A DNA stretch of 64,000 nt, from positions 3,906,001-3,970,000 of the forward strand of contig OZ251223.1 in the NCBI GenBank assembly GCA_965240325.2, read 5' to 3'. Shown here piece after piece: positions 63,383 through 64,000 of this stretch. Positions within the stretch are counted from its first letter, which is position 1. Every line of letters begins with the position of its first letter. Position numbers and translations under genes: made by a program. The stretch is from Rebecca billardiae RCC1528 (taxonomy: Eukaryota > Protista > Haptophyta). Below the pieces are notes generated by a model that worked only from the letters and a program-made list of their open reading frames with translations, was not told the origin of the DNA and searched no databases.

Positions 63383-64000
63383 TCATCCACGGGTGGTCAC
63401 ACGCCCATCGACACCGATGACGAGGTCTCGGTGATGGCGCAGGAGGACCTCGGGGTGCGACCGAGCGAGGCTCTTGAAGGCGTTCTCCCCGTAGTGCGCG
63501 TTGAGCACATTCCGGCCCGAGTGCGTGCCGCTCGCGTGCGCCGCAGATGCCTCCGCCGTGCCAGGCATGATGTCATCAACGCATGCGTCGAGCCGAGGGT
63601 TGTAGAAGAAGGGAATCGACAGTCGGCTTCTGCGCGCAGCCCCGGCGCTGGCCGCCGGGCGGCGTAGCACGCGGTGCACCGTTGCGCGCAAGCGCCCGCG
63701 CGTGGCGATCTGAAGCATTTCGCCCAGATTGATGACGACGCTTCCCGGCACGTGCGGCACGTCCATCCACGACCCGTCGTCGCGCAGCGCCTGGAGCCCG
63801 CCCAGCTCGTCCTGGACGAGGGCTGTGAGGAAGCCTGAGTCGGAGTGCGCGCCCACGCCACTCTCACCACCGGCGCCACCCTCACCGCCGAGCAGCGGGT
63901 ACCGGCATACTTTCCACTGCAAGTGCGCCCCTTCGAAGAGGTGGTCAAAGTGGGCCTCAGGCAGCTCCAGCCCGAGCGCGAGCGCACGAGTCAGCCGGGA
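63383..64000 (-). CDS. 2OG-Fe(II) oxygenase, IPNS/DIOX-like (5' part beyond window)
   Basis: GVGAHSDSGFLT, QDELGGLQ, INLGEMLQ, ATVHRV, RLSIPFF. Confidence 0.92.
   Translation of the reverse strand, partial: SRLTRALALGLELPEAHFDHLFEGAHLQWKVCRYPLLGGEGGAGGESGVGAHSDSGFLTALVQDELGGLQALRDDGSWMDVPHVPGSVVINLGEMLQIATRGRLRATVHRVLRRPAASAGAARRSRLSIPFFYNPRLDACVDDIMPGTAEASAAHASGTHSGRNVLNAHYGENAFKSLARSHPEVLLRHHRDLVIGVDGRVTTRG

Overview
Very GC-rich eukaryotic nuclear DNA. It has short GT-AG introns, axonemal genes and a D27-like gene, so a flagellated alga is inferred, plausibly a haptophyte. About 17 host-type genes, many in tight divergent pairs, alternate with dense nests of DNA transposons and microsatellites. 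Recognisable genes: FtsH, GT90, GT8, DUF3445, a DM10-domain protein, RSP3, a PhyH-like dioxygenase, D27-like, a sulfotransferase, RIMOC1/C5orf51-like, GAMT/RMT2-like, a GT2-ARM-GT4 fusion, a DOMON/Cu monooxygenase, PITHD1 and a 2OG-Fe(II) oxygenase. The main discovery candidate is a set of 7-8 insertions from 2-3 related families. They share one terminal plan: 5' TGGC plus an 11-12 bp repeat, the inverted copy of that repeat about 26-37 nt before a terminal 7-bp-stem/3-nt-loop hairpin, no consistent TSD, and mostly an A|T site. Their interiors are largely unrelated and rich in gene fragments, consistent with cargo-carrying Helitron2/Helentron-like rolling-circle elements. One copy lies just upstream of an intact spliced 403-aa orphan gene. 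Another hosts a P-superfamily-like element (32-bp perfect TIRs, 7-bp TSD) with two convergent ORFs. CACAG-ended (CMC/EnSpm-like), MULE-like, Tc1/mariner-like and hAT-like elements were also delimited by their TIRs and TSDs. All family assignments come from motif recognition by eye; no searches were run.
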